Notes: generated by a model not told the origin, from the sequence alone. A stretch of DNA of 64,000 nucleotides from an archaeon (GCA_002688265.1 NZCK01000007.1:33685-97684); one strand, 5' to 3'. Counted from the first letter of the stretch, positions 9,233 to 19,525 are shown. Made by a program: numbers and translations.

Positions 9233-10360
9233 ATGGAAAAAATATTCTGGGGAGCAACTTCTCAAATAGGAGAATTTCATAAAAACAAATTTCAAGAATT
9301 TTTATCAAAAGGGCCTAATGAATTAAAAAAACTTTGCACAAAAAGTAATGGACGCCTAAGACACATCATCCGAGCAGAACACATGGATAAGGAATTCTTG
9401 AACATTATATATTACACTGCCAATGCAGCTAGAAAAATAAGTAAAATTGATCCAAACTACCTTAAACAAAAATTACAACATGTATCAATACTAAATTATT
9501 TTGCACAACCAAGCAGTAGAACTTTTCTCTCTTTCTCTCGAGCTGAAAGTAAACTTGGTATCCAGCGAGAAGAAGTTAGAGAACTGCAAACATCAAGCAC
9601 AGTTAAAGGTGAATCAGATTTAGATTCAATTAGAACTTTAAGTTCGTATTTTGAAGGGATGGTTATTCGTCACCCCAGCAATCAATTTGATGCATTTGCA
9701 GTATGGGCCTTACACAACTCAGCAAGACCAATTCCCATTATTAACGCTGGGAGTGGGAGCCAAGAACATCCAACTCAAGCATTACTTGATTATTACACTA
9801 TTAAAAGATCACTTAAAAAAATAGATGGCATCTCAGTTGCATTTGTGGGAGATTGTCTGCGAGGAAGAACGGTTCGCTCAGCTGCTAAATTGCTTTGTTT
9901 GTATAATGATGTTACACTATACTTTGTTGCACCAGAACATTTGCAAATTGATGAAGAAACCCAAGAATATTGTAGGTCCAATGGATTAAAAGTACACAAA
10001 ATTTCAACAGAAATTAAAGAAATTATTAAAGAAGTTGATGTATTATACATGACTAGAATTCAAAATGAACACGGAGGCGATGGAAAGTATCCTCTTGAGT
10101 TTAAACTAAATTTAGAAATGCTTGAAGCTATGAAAGAAAATAGTATTATTATGCATCCAATGCCCAAACGTGAAGAGATGGACCCAAGAATTGATTATCT
10201 AAAAAATAATCCAAAGGTAATGATTTGGCGTCAACAAAGAAATGGTATGTGGGTTAGAGTTGCAGTATTGGCTTACATTTATGGCAAAGACTTAGAAATT
10301 AGGAACCATTATGCGAAAATTGAACAAAAAATGGCTAAAATTCTTAGACATAAAGTTTAA
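9233..10360 (+). CDS. pyrB: Aspartate carbamoyltransferase catalytic chain.
   Basis: Block-by-block similarity to the PyrB sequence as recalled from memory, not checked against a database. Blocks are SSRTFLSFS (STRTR region), IRHP, EHPTQALLD, VAFVGDCLRGRTVRS, LYMTRIQNE and HPMPKREEM. HPTQ rather than HPCQ argues for ATCase over OTCase. There is an N-terminal extension of about 40 aa and no pyrI adjacent. Confidence 0.85.
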   Translation: MEKIFWGATSQIGEFHKNKFQEFLSKGPNELKKLCTKSNGRLRHIIRAEHMDKEFLNIIYYTANAARKISKIDPNYLKQKLQHVSILNYFAQPSSRTFLSFSRAESKLGIQREEVRELQTSSTVKGESDLDSIRTLSSYFEGMVIRHPSNQFDAFAVWALHNSARPIPIINAGSGSQEHPTQALLDYYTIKRSLKKIDGISVAFVGDCLRGRTVRSAAKLLCLYNDVTLYFVAPEHLQIDEETQEYCRSNGLKVHKISTEIKEIIKEVDVLYMTRIQNEHGGDGKYPLEFKLNLEMLEAMKENSIIMHPMPKREEMDPRIDYLKNNPKVMIWRQQRNGMWVRVAVLAYIYGKDLEIRNHYAKIEQKMAKILRHKV

Positions 10361-10384
10361 AATAAGCAAAAAAAATCAGTTCTT

Positions 10385-10717
10385 GTGAAATTTAAATTAG
10401 AAACAAAACAATCAAAAGCTATTCGCATATCTTTGCTAGATGATTCAGGGAAAGAAGTAGCTCGAGCGTTCATGTTTCTAATCACTAACGACTTACATGA
10501 AGGGCCATATGCGCTTTTAGAAGATGTATTTGTGAATGAAGAATTTAGGGGTCAAGGCTTAGGAAAACAGATTGTAAAGAAGGCTGTTGAAGAAGCCAAA
10601 AGTCTTGGGTGTTATAAAATAATTGGAACTAGCAGAAACTTAAGGGAAAAAGTTCACGAGTTCTATCGATTATTGGGTTTTGAAGAATACGGTAAAGAAT
10701 TTCGAATGAATCTATAA
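10385..10717 (+). CDS. GNAT-family N-acetyltransferase.
   Basis: Acetyl-CoA binding motif A is FRGQGLGKQIVKKAVEEAKSLG. 110 aa. Confidence 0.65.
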   Translation: MKFKLETKQSKAIRISLLDDSGKEVARAFMFLITNDLHEGPYALLEDVFVNEEFRGQGLGKQIVKKAVEEAKSLGCYKIIGTSRNLREKVHEFYRLLGFEEYGKEFRMNL

Positions 10718-10767
10718 GAAGTTACCAAAATACTTATAAACAGATTATTAGATTCTTGTGATTATAC

Positions 10768-10877
10768 GGGACTGTAGCTCAGCGGGAGAGCGCCAGACTG
10801 AAGATGCTCAAAAATCAGTGGTTTTTGGCCAATCATCTGACATCTGGATGTCAAGGGTTCAAATCCCTTCAGTCCCA
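10768..10877 (+). tRNA. tRNA-Phe (GAA) with an intron of about 38 nt at the canonical 37/38 position. No encoded CCA.
   Basis: Acceptor gggactg/cagtccc plus discriminator A. D-arm gctc...gagc. Anticodon stem ccaga/tctgg with loop cuGAAga. The stem is interrupted by tgctcaaaaatcagtggtttttggccaatcatctgaca. T-arm aaggg-ttcaaat-ccctt. Confidence 0.8.
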
Positions 10878-10950
10878 CTTTCTTTCCAATAATTTAAGTA
10901 CTCAAATAACTTCTTTAATTACCCCAGATTATAATTAAATAAAAGAGGAA

Positions 10951-11409
10951 TTGATAAAAATGGCAAATGAATTTATGGGAAGTTTACTCTTTGGATTAAT
11001 TGCATTAGTTGGGTTGTTAGCAATTGCATTATATGTCTATGGATCACTAGCACTAATGACTATTGCAAAACGAACTAAAACTGAAAACGCATGGCTAGCT
11101 TGGATTCCAATTGCAAACATCTACTTGATGATGAGAATTGGAAAACTGCCAACTTGGTCACTGGCACTTTGGGCACTAATTTTTGTTCCAATGCTTGGAG
11201 GACTTACTGCAGCCGGAATGAATGTGTGGTACTGGTGGATGATTGCAGAAAGACGAGGTAAAGAAGGATGGTGGGGCATCTTAATGTTAGTTCCAATTCT
11301 GAATTTGGTTTTACTAGGAATTTTAGCTTGGGGAGAAGATGAGAAGAAGCCCGCAGCAAAGAAGAAAAAGAAGGTAGCTAAGAAAAAGGTTACAACGCGC
11401 AAGAGATGA
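10951..11409 (+). CDS. Small membrane protein with a Lys-rich C-terminal tail.
   Basis: Three to four TM helices, then PAAKKKKKVAKKKVTTRKR. Confidence 0.5.
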   Translation: MIKMANEFMGSLLFGLIALVGLLAIALYVYGSLALMTIAKRTKTENAWLAWIPIANIYLMMRIGKLPTWSLALWALIFVPMLGGLTAAGMNVWYWWMIAERRGKEGWWGILMLVPILNLVLLGILAWGEDEKKPAAKKKKKVAKKKVTTRKR

Positions 11410-11458
11410 TTTGTTTTTTGTTTTTATTTATTTCATCTTGTTTTTTATTCAAGTTTCT

Positions 11459-13699
11459 TTATCCTAGCGTATTCTGCAACACAACACCAGCAAATAAATT
11501 GAACAGAATAATTACAACACCTGCAATCATACAATACAAACCAACACTCCTGGTTAAAGCCTTCCCAAGCGCATAACGTTCTCCTTGCTTATCAACACCA
11601 TTCTCAATACCATTAGCAAGCACAGTTAGAATATAAGCTAACTGAACTATGTAAATTCCCACAATCACCTGAAAATGAAATGTAGGAATACCAATTCCAA
11701 AAATAGTCACAAGGCCTCCAAAACCAGTACTCTCTCCACTACTTGAAAATTGAGATAACTGAGAACTTAATTTGGTTAGTACAGTTGAAATCATAGAAGT
11801 GATTCCAACCACAATTCCGGCAATCGCAGGAGTTAAAAACGCAACTTGTGCTTTCATACTTCCAATTACTTCTGCCATCAAATCTTTTAGTCGCTCTTCA
11901 ACTCGATGAATCTCTTTCATGTACCTGCTCATTGACAGAAGAGCTTGGGCAGCAATCAAAGGCCCACGTTTAATACTCTCAACTAAAACTTTCATAGAAG
12001 ACTCAATCACTTTTGAAGGATAAGAAACAACTGCTCCTACTTTGGGATCAAATAAAGATTCCTCCAAACCCATCCCTAACTTTAGAATATTTTTTTCAGC
12101 AAGGTTAAAAAATTCGCCAGAAGTTGAACCGCGCATTGTTTCAGCAACTTTAGCAAACGCAATCTCAGCCGGCAGACCATCACCTAATCTGTTCCCTAAT
12201 TGAAATAAGGCACTAGAAAATTCTTCTTCCAATTTCTTGGTGCGGTTACGGATCGCTATCACATTCTTGCTTCTTAATGAATAGAACAATCCTATCGACA
12301 ACCCAAAAGCTAAGATTACAACTAAAGAGAGTAGAGAAGCCCCCAAACCATAAGGACCCACCAAATCAGTGTCTTCACAACTTGCAAACTCAGGTGGACA
12401 AATATAACCCATCATAGAAATAGATTGATCCTCATTGGCAATTTCAAACCCTGGATCCACTGCGTGCAAGAGTATTGGACTCATACCAATAATAAACAAA
12501 AAAGCGAATAGAGTGATCGCGAAATAAAGGGGGTTAACTGCAAACTGAAAGTTTTTCCCTAAAGGAATAATTACGTTTTCATATCTCTTCAAACCAGGAT
12601 GACTTTTTACAGGGTCAGCTCCACCATAACCACTAGGCCTTTTTGAGAGAATTGTTTTTCCCAGATAAAATACTCCTACTGGCAATGTGATGTTATATAG
12701 CAAAGAAATGTAAATTGCCATAGTTAAAGTAGAAGTATCGCTGCTACTCATGAAACTTACAACTAATGGCAAAATTACCAAACCCAAAATTGGTAGGATA
12801 ATACCAAGCATATTCAGCATGGTCATTGGAGCCTTAAGATTATGCGCGTATCTTAGCATACCTTCGTATGTTCCGTCGAGGATCACATCCAAAGATTTGT
12901 CCAGAAGAGCAACTCTTCGATCATCACTTGGTTCTAATAAAGAAGATTCAATTAAATGAAAAGCTTCCACAAAATCACTATTCCACTCTTTCCAAGTTTC
13001 AAGGTAAGTGTCTGCAGAATCTTTGATTGATGAGAACTTTCCATTCTCTAAATCCCAAAGCATTTTTCGAAAATCAAGAGAAAGTGGAGCATCTAAATGT
13101 TCAGCTGCAAAAGCAATTGCCCTTTCTAGGTTAGAAGTATGGCGCATATAAGTTACTAAATAAAAAACACTTTGCACCATTTGATTACTTGCCTGAATCC
13201 TCCATTGATCAGCAAAAAATTGAGGTATCTTTTGGAAGGCAAAAATCATGGCCATCCCAAAAAAGATACAAAAGAAAACTAGAAACATCATATTAAAAAT
13301 TGCAAACGCGATTAAAGAACCAAATACAATAAACAGCATTGGCACCATGAATGATAGAGCTATTACTCCACTTGGGGTGCAGTTAAGATGACATGTTTCA
13401 ATTTGTTTAGTTAAGGTGGCAGCTTGTTTAGCATCAACCTTAAGTTTGAAAATAGATTCTGCTTTGTTACAAGCCTTTTCATAGAATGTAAAATGAGCAG
13501 GATAAATCTCTGACTTAAACTCTGAGTATTCACGGCTACCAACTGGAGTTGCTCCGGCACCGTCAGCTGAGACGCCAACATCTCCAAATTCAGCTTTGAT
13601 CCGCTCTTTATATTTAACTAAAATATCACCATACTCTTCCTCCCCGGAATCATCCTGAACTGGCGCTAACTCATTAGGATCATTTGTTTCATCCACCAC
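11459..13699 (-). CDS. Type IV pilus / archaellum membrane platform protein (TadC/ArlJ/FlaJ-like, two T2SSF-type domains).
   Basis: 746-aa polytopic protein. Two TM clusters are each followed by an alpha-helical cytoplasmic domain of about 130 aa. The arrangement is typical of GspF/TadC-like platform proteins. Apparent GTG start. Confidence 0.55.
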   Translation of the reverse strand: MVDETNDPNELAPVQDDSGEEEYGDILVKYKERIKAEFGDVGVSADGAGATPVGSREYSEFKSEIYPAHFTFYEKACNKAESIFKLKVDAKQAATLTKQIETCHLNCTPSGVIALSFMVPMLFIVFGSLIAFAIFNMMFLVFFCIFFGMAMIFAFQKIPQFFADQWRIQASNQMVQSVFYLVTYMRHTSNLERAIAFAAEHLDAPLSLDFRKMLWDLENGKFSSIKDSADTYLETWKEWNSDFVEAFHLIESSLLEPSDDRRVALLDKSLDVILDGTYEGMLRYAHNLKAPMTMLNMLGIILPILGLVILPLVVSFMSSSDTSTLTMAIYISLLYNITLPVGVFYLGKTILSKRPSGYGGADPVKSHPGLKRYENVIIPLGKNFQFAVNPLYFAITLFAFLFIIGMSPILLHAVDPGFEIANEDQSISMMGYICPPEFASCEDTDLVGPYGLGASLLSLVVILAFGLSIGLFYSLRSKNVIAIRNRTKKLEEEFSSALFQLGNRLGDGLPAEIAFAKVAETMRGSTSGEFFNLAEKNILKLGMGLEESLFDPKVGAVVSYPSKVIESSMKVLVESIKRGPLIAAQALLSMSRYMKEIHRVEERLKDLMAEVIGSMKAQVAFLTPAIAGIVVGITSMISTVLTKLSSQLSQFSSSGESTGFGGLVTIFGIGIPTFHFQVIVGIYIVQLAYILTVLANGIENGVDKQGERYALGKALTRSVGLYCMIAGVVIILFNLFAGVVLQNTLG

Positions 13700-13809
13700 A
13701 GCATAGAATGAATGAAAAGGGGTTTAAAAATAGTTTGGTTAAAGAAGGAGTTATCTCTTAACATGAAACCCAAATATTTATCAATAGAAAGTGAGTTATA
13801 TAGGTTAAA

Positions 13810-16569
13810 ATGAGGTGGAGTAAGTTTTCTTTAGTAGTATTAATTAGTTCTCTCTTAACTCCAATCTTTGCTTATGCTTCAGTTTCTAGCATTATCTCTA
13901 ATGTATTTGATACTATAATTAGTATAGGCTCGCTATCCTTCTTAGGTTTTCCAGGAGGAGACGATATTACTTCATTCTTAAGAATACTAATATTCATTCT
14001 AACATTTACTATCTATTTTACAGTTCTGACTGCTGCAAATGGATTCTTAAAAATATTTCAAAGAAACATTGCAATTGTAATTGCACTCATCTTATCAATA
14101 ATTACAACAATCTTTATTCCATCAACAGTGATGATAGCTTCAGGTACTGCTCTTGGAACATTAGTTTCAGTAGCATTACTGGCAGCCCCACTTCTTGGAA
14201 TATTGGCTTTGATCTTTTTCTTACCTGATCGTCCATGCTGGTGGTGGTTAGTTAAGTTATTTATTGCAGTTATTCTTTATTGGGTTTCAACACAAACACA
14301 AAATTACTTGGCTGATCCTGCATTTTCTTTCTCTACAAATGTGGCTGCAAGTTTAGCAGGCTTTTGGGAATGGATACTGTTTATTGAATTCTTAATTATA
14401 TTGTATTTGATCTATAAGTTACTCACTTGTGGAGATGATGAAACCGGAATTCCACTAAATCCAAAAGAATTGTTAGATAGAATTAAAAGAATAATTAATC
14501 CGAACGCGCCTGATCCTGGACGAGATGATCCCGATGGTGAGGAAGACCATTCTCCACCACCACCTCCTAATCCAGGAGCTAAGCCACCTAATTCAAATGA
14601 AGGAGATAATCCTATCCCTCCAGATAATCCTAAACTTAATGAACCAAAACATAAACCTATCCCTGGCACGCCTTTCTATAAACCAAAAAAACCAAAACCT
14701 CCTAAAGAAAAAAGAATTAAGATTGATTTATCTCCTTGGTTTCTTTCGGTTAGAAATCAAGATGGGCTTGGGGCTTGTGCTGCCTTTGCAGGTTCATCAA
14801 TTATGGAATACATCATTAATAGAATCTCTGGTTATCTTAATTACGATTACAAATTATCTGAATTATTTCTTTGGTACAACGCAAGAGAAGATAAGAACAG
14901 CAACTCTGGAACATGGCCTGTAGATTTAATGAATGAACTTCTAAAACAAGGTGATTGTAAAGAAAAATTATGGTCATTTGAAGGTGTAACTTCAACTAAG
15001 TATTTACAAATGCCCTTACAAAATTGTTTCCAAGATGCTTTGCAACAAAGAGCACTATCTGTTAAAAATGTTTCAACAGACCCAGACGAATGGATAAGAA
15101 TTCTTCTTGATGAACATCCATTATATTTTGGAATAGGAGTTCCACAAAATTTTGGCAAAGCTTATCTCACTGGAAAACCATTATATGAAAAAATAATATG
15201 GCCAACCAAAGGTGGGCATGGAATGGTAATTGTAGGATACGATTCACATTATCCTACACCTGATGGAAGAAAAATAGAAGCATTTAAAGTTAGAAATAGT
15301 TGGGGAGAACTCTTTGGAGAAGGAGGATACATTTGGATTCCAAGAATTTTATTACGAAATATGATTAACAAACAAGGGGATACACTTTACATCATTGACG
15401 GATGGAATAACAAAAAAGGAGACAAACAACTTTACACAATCAAAGGACGAGCAGTGTTTGATGATAAAAGATTCAAAGGATTTCCAGCAGTACCAAAACA
15501 ATGGACAGGACATCAAATTGTAAAGAGTAGCAAAATTAGTGCACCAAACGATCACGCATTCAAAGTTGCAGTAATGGCACAAATTCAAGGAAGGCCTGTG
15601 TTTTTGCCTGAAGCCGAAACTGTTGTACAAACAGGACAAAACGGAATGTTTAAACTTCAATTTACAGCTGATCCAACTCAATTTCAAAAACTAACACAGT
15701 TTCCTGAAGCATTTCCTCAACTCAAAGGAGTTGATTTTTCTAAACAAGCACCAGGATTAATTGTTGTTAAGAAACCTTACATGGAAGAAAACAGTGATAT
15801 GCACCAATGGTTCTTCCATGTTGCACAATTCAAATATTCTCACGCAGGACGGGGAGGAGAAGGGCACCACGAACCAACAAATCCTAGAAGCGATATTGCT
15901 AGTAAAACAAAAATACACTTTTCAGGTCGGCCAATTCAATTTGGACCTAACCATGATACTGAAGAGAATGTAGTAATTCCAGTAATGTTCTATGAAGAGA
16001 ATAAAACTGAGAACGAAGAAGATGAAGAGAAGAAAAAACATAAAGCAAAACTAGCTCTTGAGAGAATCCATAAACATGCCAAGAAAGAGTTGGATTGGAC
16101 GATGAGAGAATCAGACTTGTTAGTTGGTTTAGAACCTTCTTTACTAGCACAAGATATAAAAGCGTTTAGGCGGTTAGATAGCAGAATAAATCAAGCTTCA
16201 AGAAGAATTTATCGCGAATTTGTTACACTTAAGAAAACAATTAGTCATGAGACAAAGTCTCTTCCTTCAGGATTAAATAAAAAATTAAGTGGCAAACTAG
16301 AACAGTTAAGTGTAGCTGAGAAGAATTTTATTTTATTCTTACAATCATCAGATCCTATTCAAACTTCAGAAAACCCCAAACAACTGTCTGTTGAAGCTGC
16401 TAAAAAATATCTACAAAAACACCATAATGACGAAAGCAAAAAACAAGAGGTTGAACAAGCATGGATTGATTTAAGTTTTAGTTTTAAAGATTTGAAGAAA
16501 TGGCTAGCAGCAATGGTAACAACACTTGAAGATGTTGTTGAGTTGAGTGGCGAAAAGAAAGCAAAATAA
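13810..16569 (+). CDS. Membrane-anchored papain-like (C1 family) cysteine peptidase with a Pro-rich linker and a long C-terminal coiled-coil region.
   Basis: N-terminal multi-TM domain, then linker PPPPPNPGAKPPNS...KPKKPKPPKEK. Peptidase core has QDGLGACAAFAG (Cys), GGHGMVIVGYD (His) and VRNSWGELFGEGGYIWIP (Asn/Trp). 919 aa. Confidence 0.65.
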   Translation: MRWSKFSLVVLISSLLTPIFAYASVSSIISNVFDTIISIGSLSFLGFPGGDDITSFLRILIFILTFTIYFTVLTAANGFLKIFQRNIAIVIALILSIITTIFIPSTVMIASGTALGTLVSVALLAAPLLGILALIFFLPDRPCWWWLVKLFIAVILYWVSTQTQNYLADPAFSFSTNVAASLAGFWEWILFIEFLIILYLIYKLLTCGDDETGIPLNPKELLDRIKRIINPNAPDPGRDDPDGEEDHSPPPPPNPGAKPPNSNEGDNPIPPDNPKLNEPKHKPIPGTPFYKPKKPKPPKEKRIKIDLSPWFLSVRNQDGLGACAAFAGSSIMEYIINRISGYLNYDYKLSELFLWYNAREDKNSNSGTWPVDLMNELLKQGDCKEKLWSFEGVTSTKYLQMPLQNCFQDALQQRALSVKNVSTDPDEWIRILLDEHPLYFGIGVPQNFGKAYLTGKPLYEKIIWPTKGGHGMVIVGYDSHYPTPDGRKIEAFKVRNSWGELFGEGGYIWIPRILLRNMINKQGDTLYIIDGWNNKKGDKQLYTIKGRAVFDDKRFKGFPAVPKQWTGHQIVKSSKISAPNDHAFKVAVMAQIQGRPVFLPEAETVVQTGQNGMFKLQFTADPTQFQKLTQFPEAFPQLKGVDFSKQAPGLIVVKKPYMEENSDMHQWFFHVAQFKYSHAGRGGEGHHEPTNPRSDIASKTKIHFSGRPIQFGPNHDTEENVVIPVMFYEENKTENEEDEEKKKHKAKLALERIHKHAKKELDWTMRESDLLVGLEPSLLAQDIKAFRRLDSRINQASRRIYREFVTLKKTISHETKSLPSGLNKKLSGKLEQLSVAEKNFILFLQSSDPIQTSENPKQLSVEAAKKYLQKHHNDESKKQEVEQAWIDLSFSFKDLKKWLAAMVTTLEDVVELSGEKKAK

Positions 16570-16607
16570 TTGTTATTAATTCTAATTATCTACACAATAA
16601 CCATAAA

Positions 16608-18932
16608 TTAAGAATCTATTCTATGCTGCCGTTCTGCTTTTCTCTTAATCACTTCATTATCTAACCAACGTTTGTATTCAAAGAATATCCTATCAGGATC
16701 TAAATGTCCACGATCTTCTAACACCTTGCCACTTAAAATATGAAACTTATCATTAGCTCTAATCACAAACTCAGCTTCAAACATATCATGATCATTGGCT
16801 GCCACTGCAGCATCTACCAAAGCTTGCTTACACTTCCCCCTTAGAACTATATTATTCCAAACAGCATCCCAGTCTCCAGCAAACTCTTTAATTGAACCTG
16901 CCATCCTCTTTAGAATTTCAGAATTACCATTGATCAAATCGTCAGTGATTTCAAGTTCGTCAGTTTTAGGATTGTAAACCATCAAATCGACAAAAGCACC
17001 TTCCTTAAGTGGATCCTCTTCCCACTGCTTTCTAATCTCAGTCACTCTTAGAACACGCTTGAGTTTCTTCATCCCACTAGCACTCCTCACTGGATTAACA
17101 TTGATAATTATATCAGTTGCCTTAAATGAAGTTCTTGGAACCCCAATATCATTAACAACACGATCGTAAACACCATAAGGGCTGGCTGCGTGAATTGTTC
17201 CAGCTACAACGTTTGCTGCAGCACCAACTCTCATTGCTTCGAAAAGAGCTATTGCTTCTTTACTACGTACTTCCCCTACAATTAATGCACTGTCCCCTAA
17301 TCTTAAGGTTGATCTGATTCCAGTTGACGCATCAACCTCACTACCTTTCTCAACTGATAATGAAGAACCAACTTTCAAAGTTTCAATATTGTATCCAAGC
17401 GCTCTTAATGACTCATTAGGAATTTCTAATGTGTCTTCTAGTGTAATAATTCGATACCTGCGCATCATTTCTACTAGCACGCTTCCAAGATAAGAAGACT
17501 TACCACTACTTCTGGTCCCTGCGATAAGAATTGTCGCGTTACCATCGATAATAAAACTTAATAATCCTGCGCATGTGGCATTCATCATCTTAAATTTTGG
17601 ACTCATATACAAAGGAAATGTCCAAGGATGATCTCTGTGCCTTCGAAATGAAAAACCAATCCCAAACGGATCTAATGGTGCAGTAACTGCACTAACACGA
17701 GAGCTAAAACCCTCTACTTTCAATTCAGTATCTAAAATGGGGTTTGCTTCATCTAGTGGCCTTCCACTAATTAGCCTTAATTTTGTTGCCCAAGAATCAA
17801 CCTCTTGCGTTGTTGGATAAACATTAGTGTAACAATCACCATAGTCTTGATGCACAATAAAAATTGGTACCTCTCCATTTGGTGAATTAATATTTACATC
17901 TTGAATTTTTGGATCAGAAAGAAAGAGTTCAATAAGACCAAAACCAACTGTGTATCTTAAAAGAGCTTTGGCCAAAGCATCGATTCTACTCTCTTTCATC
18001 TTTAACTTTTTGTGTTGACTCAAATCTAACAACATATCTTTACCAATATTGAAAAACACTTCTCGCATTCTCTGCGGATCTACAAACTCCTTTTGAGTAG
18101 GTTTGTGCTCTGAAAGAATTCGTTTGGCTGCATCCAAAAGTTCGTATTCACTCTCTGAAAAAGTCATCTCTGGCGGTGTTATATGATACAAATATTTTAT
18201 AGAGTCATCAAAACCAAAAACATTGACTTCAACCTTATCGTCCCCTTCTCCAAAAGAATAACTTTCAAGTAGATTTCCTCCGACAGGAAATTCACTTTGT
18301 AATTTAGTATACATAAAATCTGGCCGTGTACTTGGATGCAAAACATAACCATAGATTTGCCGATCACCATGCTGATAATCTTTAAGATGAGGAAACAAAT
18401 TCCTAAGAATTGTTAACTGTTCTAATTTAGCTAAGGCATCAAGTAAAATGTGCACAAATTTTGTTTGACTCGCTTTATGTTCTTCACCCACTACGTTAGA
18501 TAGTTTGATCTTTTCTTGTCGCTCTAAACGTTTTAACTCTACATACGCTGCAACTGGGTCTTCTTTAAGCCGTTTTGAGAGGATTGCTTGAAACTGAGCA
18601 AAGGCAGATCGAATATATTTCTCATGCACAGGGTCAACAACAATATGTGAGTAGAGAAATCTTTCTTCTTTGCTGAATTTGCGGTAAAGTTGGGCTAATT
18701 CACTTAGTAGTTTTACTTGTGATAAATCATAATCATATTCGCGTTTTTGCGAAAGGATAATATTAGTAATTCCAGAATTTTGTAGCAACATATCAATAAC
18801 TTTACCCATACATTGCTCGCTGTACTCAATTGAAGGAGGGAACATACACTTTTCTAGGTAAATCTTTAAAATTTTATTTTCGCCTTCGTGGTAAATATCA
18901 AAAGCGAAACATTCTTTGGTGCTAGTATCCAT
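16608..18932 (-). CDS. Type IV pilus / archaellum assembly ATPase (FlaI/ArlI-TadA/VirB11 superfamily).
   Basis: Walker A AGTRSSGKSS followed by a TLEDTLEI-type Asp box. His-box-like GTIHA. Long N-terminal domain, 774 aa. Confidence 0.75.
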   Translation of the reverse strand: MDTSTKECFAFDIYHEGENKILKIYLEKCMFPPSIEYSEQCMGKVIDMLLQNSGITNIILSQKREYDYDLSQVKLLSELAQLYRKFSKEERFLYSHIVVDPVHEKYIRSAFAQFQAILSKRLKEDPVAAYVELKRLERQEKIKLSNVVGEEHKASQTKFVHILLDALAKLEQLTILRNLFPHLKDYQHGDRQIYGYVLHPSTRPDFMYTKLQSEFPVGGNLLESYSFGEGDDKVEVNVFGFDDSIKYLYHITPPEMTFSESEYELLDAAKRILSEHKPTQKEFVDPQRMREVFFNIGKDMLLDLSQHKKLKMKESRIDALAKALLRYTVGFGLIELFLSDPKIQDVNINSPNGEVPIFIVHQDYGDCYTNVYPTTQEVDSWATKLRLISGRPLDEANPILDTELKVEGFSSRVSAVTAPLDPFGIGFSFRRHRDHPWTFPLYMSPKFKMMNATCAGLLSFIIDGNATILIAGTRSSGKSSYLGSVLVEMMRRYRIITLEDTLEIPNESLRALGYNIETLKVGSSLSVEKGSEVDASTGIRSTLRLGDSALIVGEVRSKEAIALFEAMRVGAAANVVAGTIHAASPYGVYDRVVNDIGVPRTSFKATDIIINVNPVRSASGMKKLKRVLRVTEIRKQWEEDPLKEGAFVDLMVYNPKTDELEITDDLINGNSEILKRMAGSIKEFAGDWDAVWNNIVLRGKCKQALVDAAVAANDHDMFEAEFVIRANDKFHILSGKVLEDRGHLDPDRIFFEYKRWLDNEVIKRKAERQHRIDS

Positions 18933-19007
18933 AATTTATCCTCTTTTTTGTTTCTTATTCTTTTGTCTTTATTATGCTTTTGGGTTGTTGAGTAAACAAA
19001 AAAACCT

Positions 19008-19020
19008 ATCCTTTATATAC
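19008..19020 (+). promoter_or_regulatory. Putative archaeal TATA box for the 19046 gene (leaderless-type spacing).
   Basis: ctttatatacc lies about 27 nt upstream of ATG 19046, preceded by an A-rich BRE-like run. Confidence 0.3.
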
Positions 19021-19045
19021 CAAAAACTCCTTTCTTCTAGTTAGG

Positions 19046-19489
19046 ATGGATTTTGGAAAGAAACCAGCAGCGCCGGCCCCTAAACAAGAATTTGATAGCG
19101 CAAAAATGTTTACATGGGCTAAAGCATTAGAATCAAAACTGAATGGACTTAGGCGAGAATTTGATCTAGTTAAAAACAATTCTACAAGATCAGGGCAAGA
19201 CACTAAACAAAATATTCAAAATATTAATAGTGAGTTAACTGAATTGCAGCATAAAGTTAGCAAGATGGATGAAAAACTAGATTTAATTGTAGCAGAATTG
19301 AAAAGGACAGCTGGAAGCGAGGAACTAGATGTTTTGAAGAAATACATTGAGTTTTGGAACCCAATGGAATTTGTAACACAAAAAGATATTGACAGGATTG
19401 TAGAACAGAAAATGCAAGATTTTAAACATAACTCTGACAGTCCCGATAAACAAGAACAAGCACAAGATATAAAAAATACAGAAGATTAG
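19046..19489 (+). CDS. Coiled-coil protein.
   Basis: 147 aa with heptad-like K/E/L periodicity. No enzymatic motif. Confidence 0.45.
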   Translation: MDFGKKPAAPAPKQEFDSAKMFTWAKALESKLNGLRREFDLVKNNSTRSGQDTKQNIQNINSELTELQHKVSKMDEKLDLIVAELKRTAGSEELDVLKKYIEFWNPMEFVTQKDIDRIVEQKMQDFKHNSDSPDKQEQAQDIKNTED

Positions 19490-19525
19490 ATTATTATTAT
19501 AATAACAAAAATTAGGTGATAAAGG

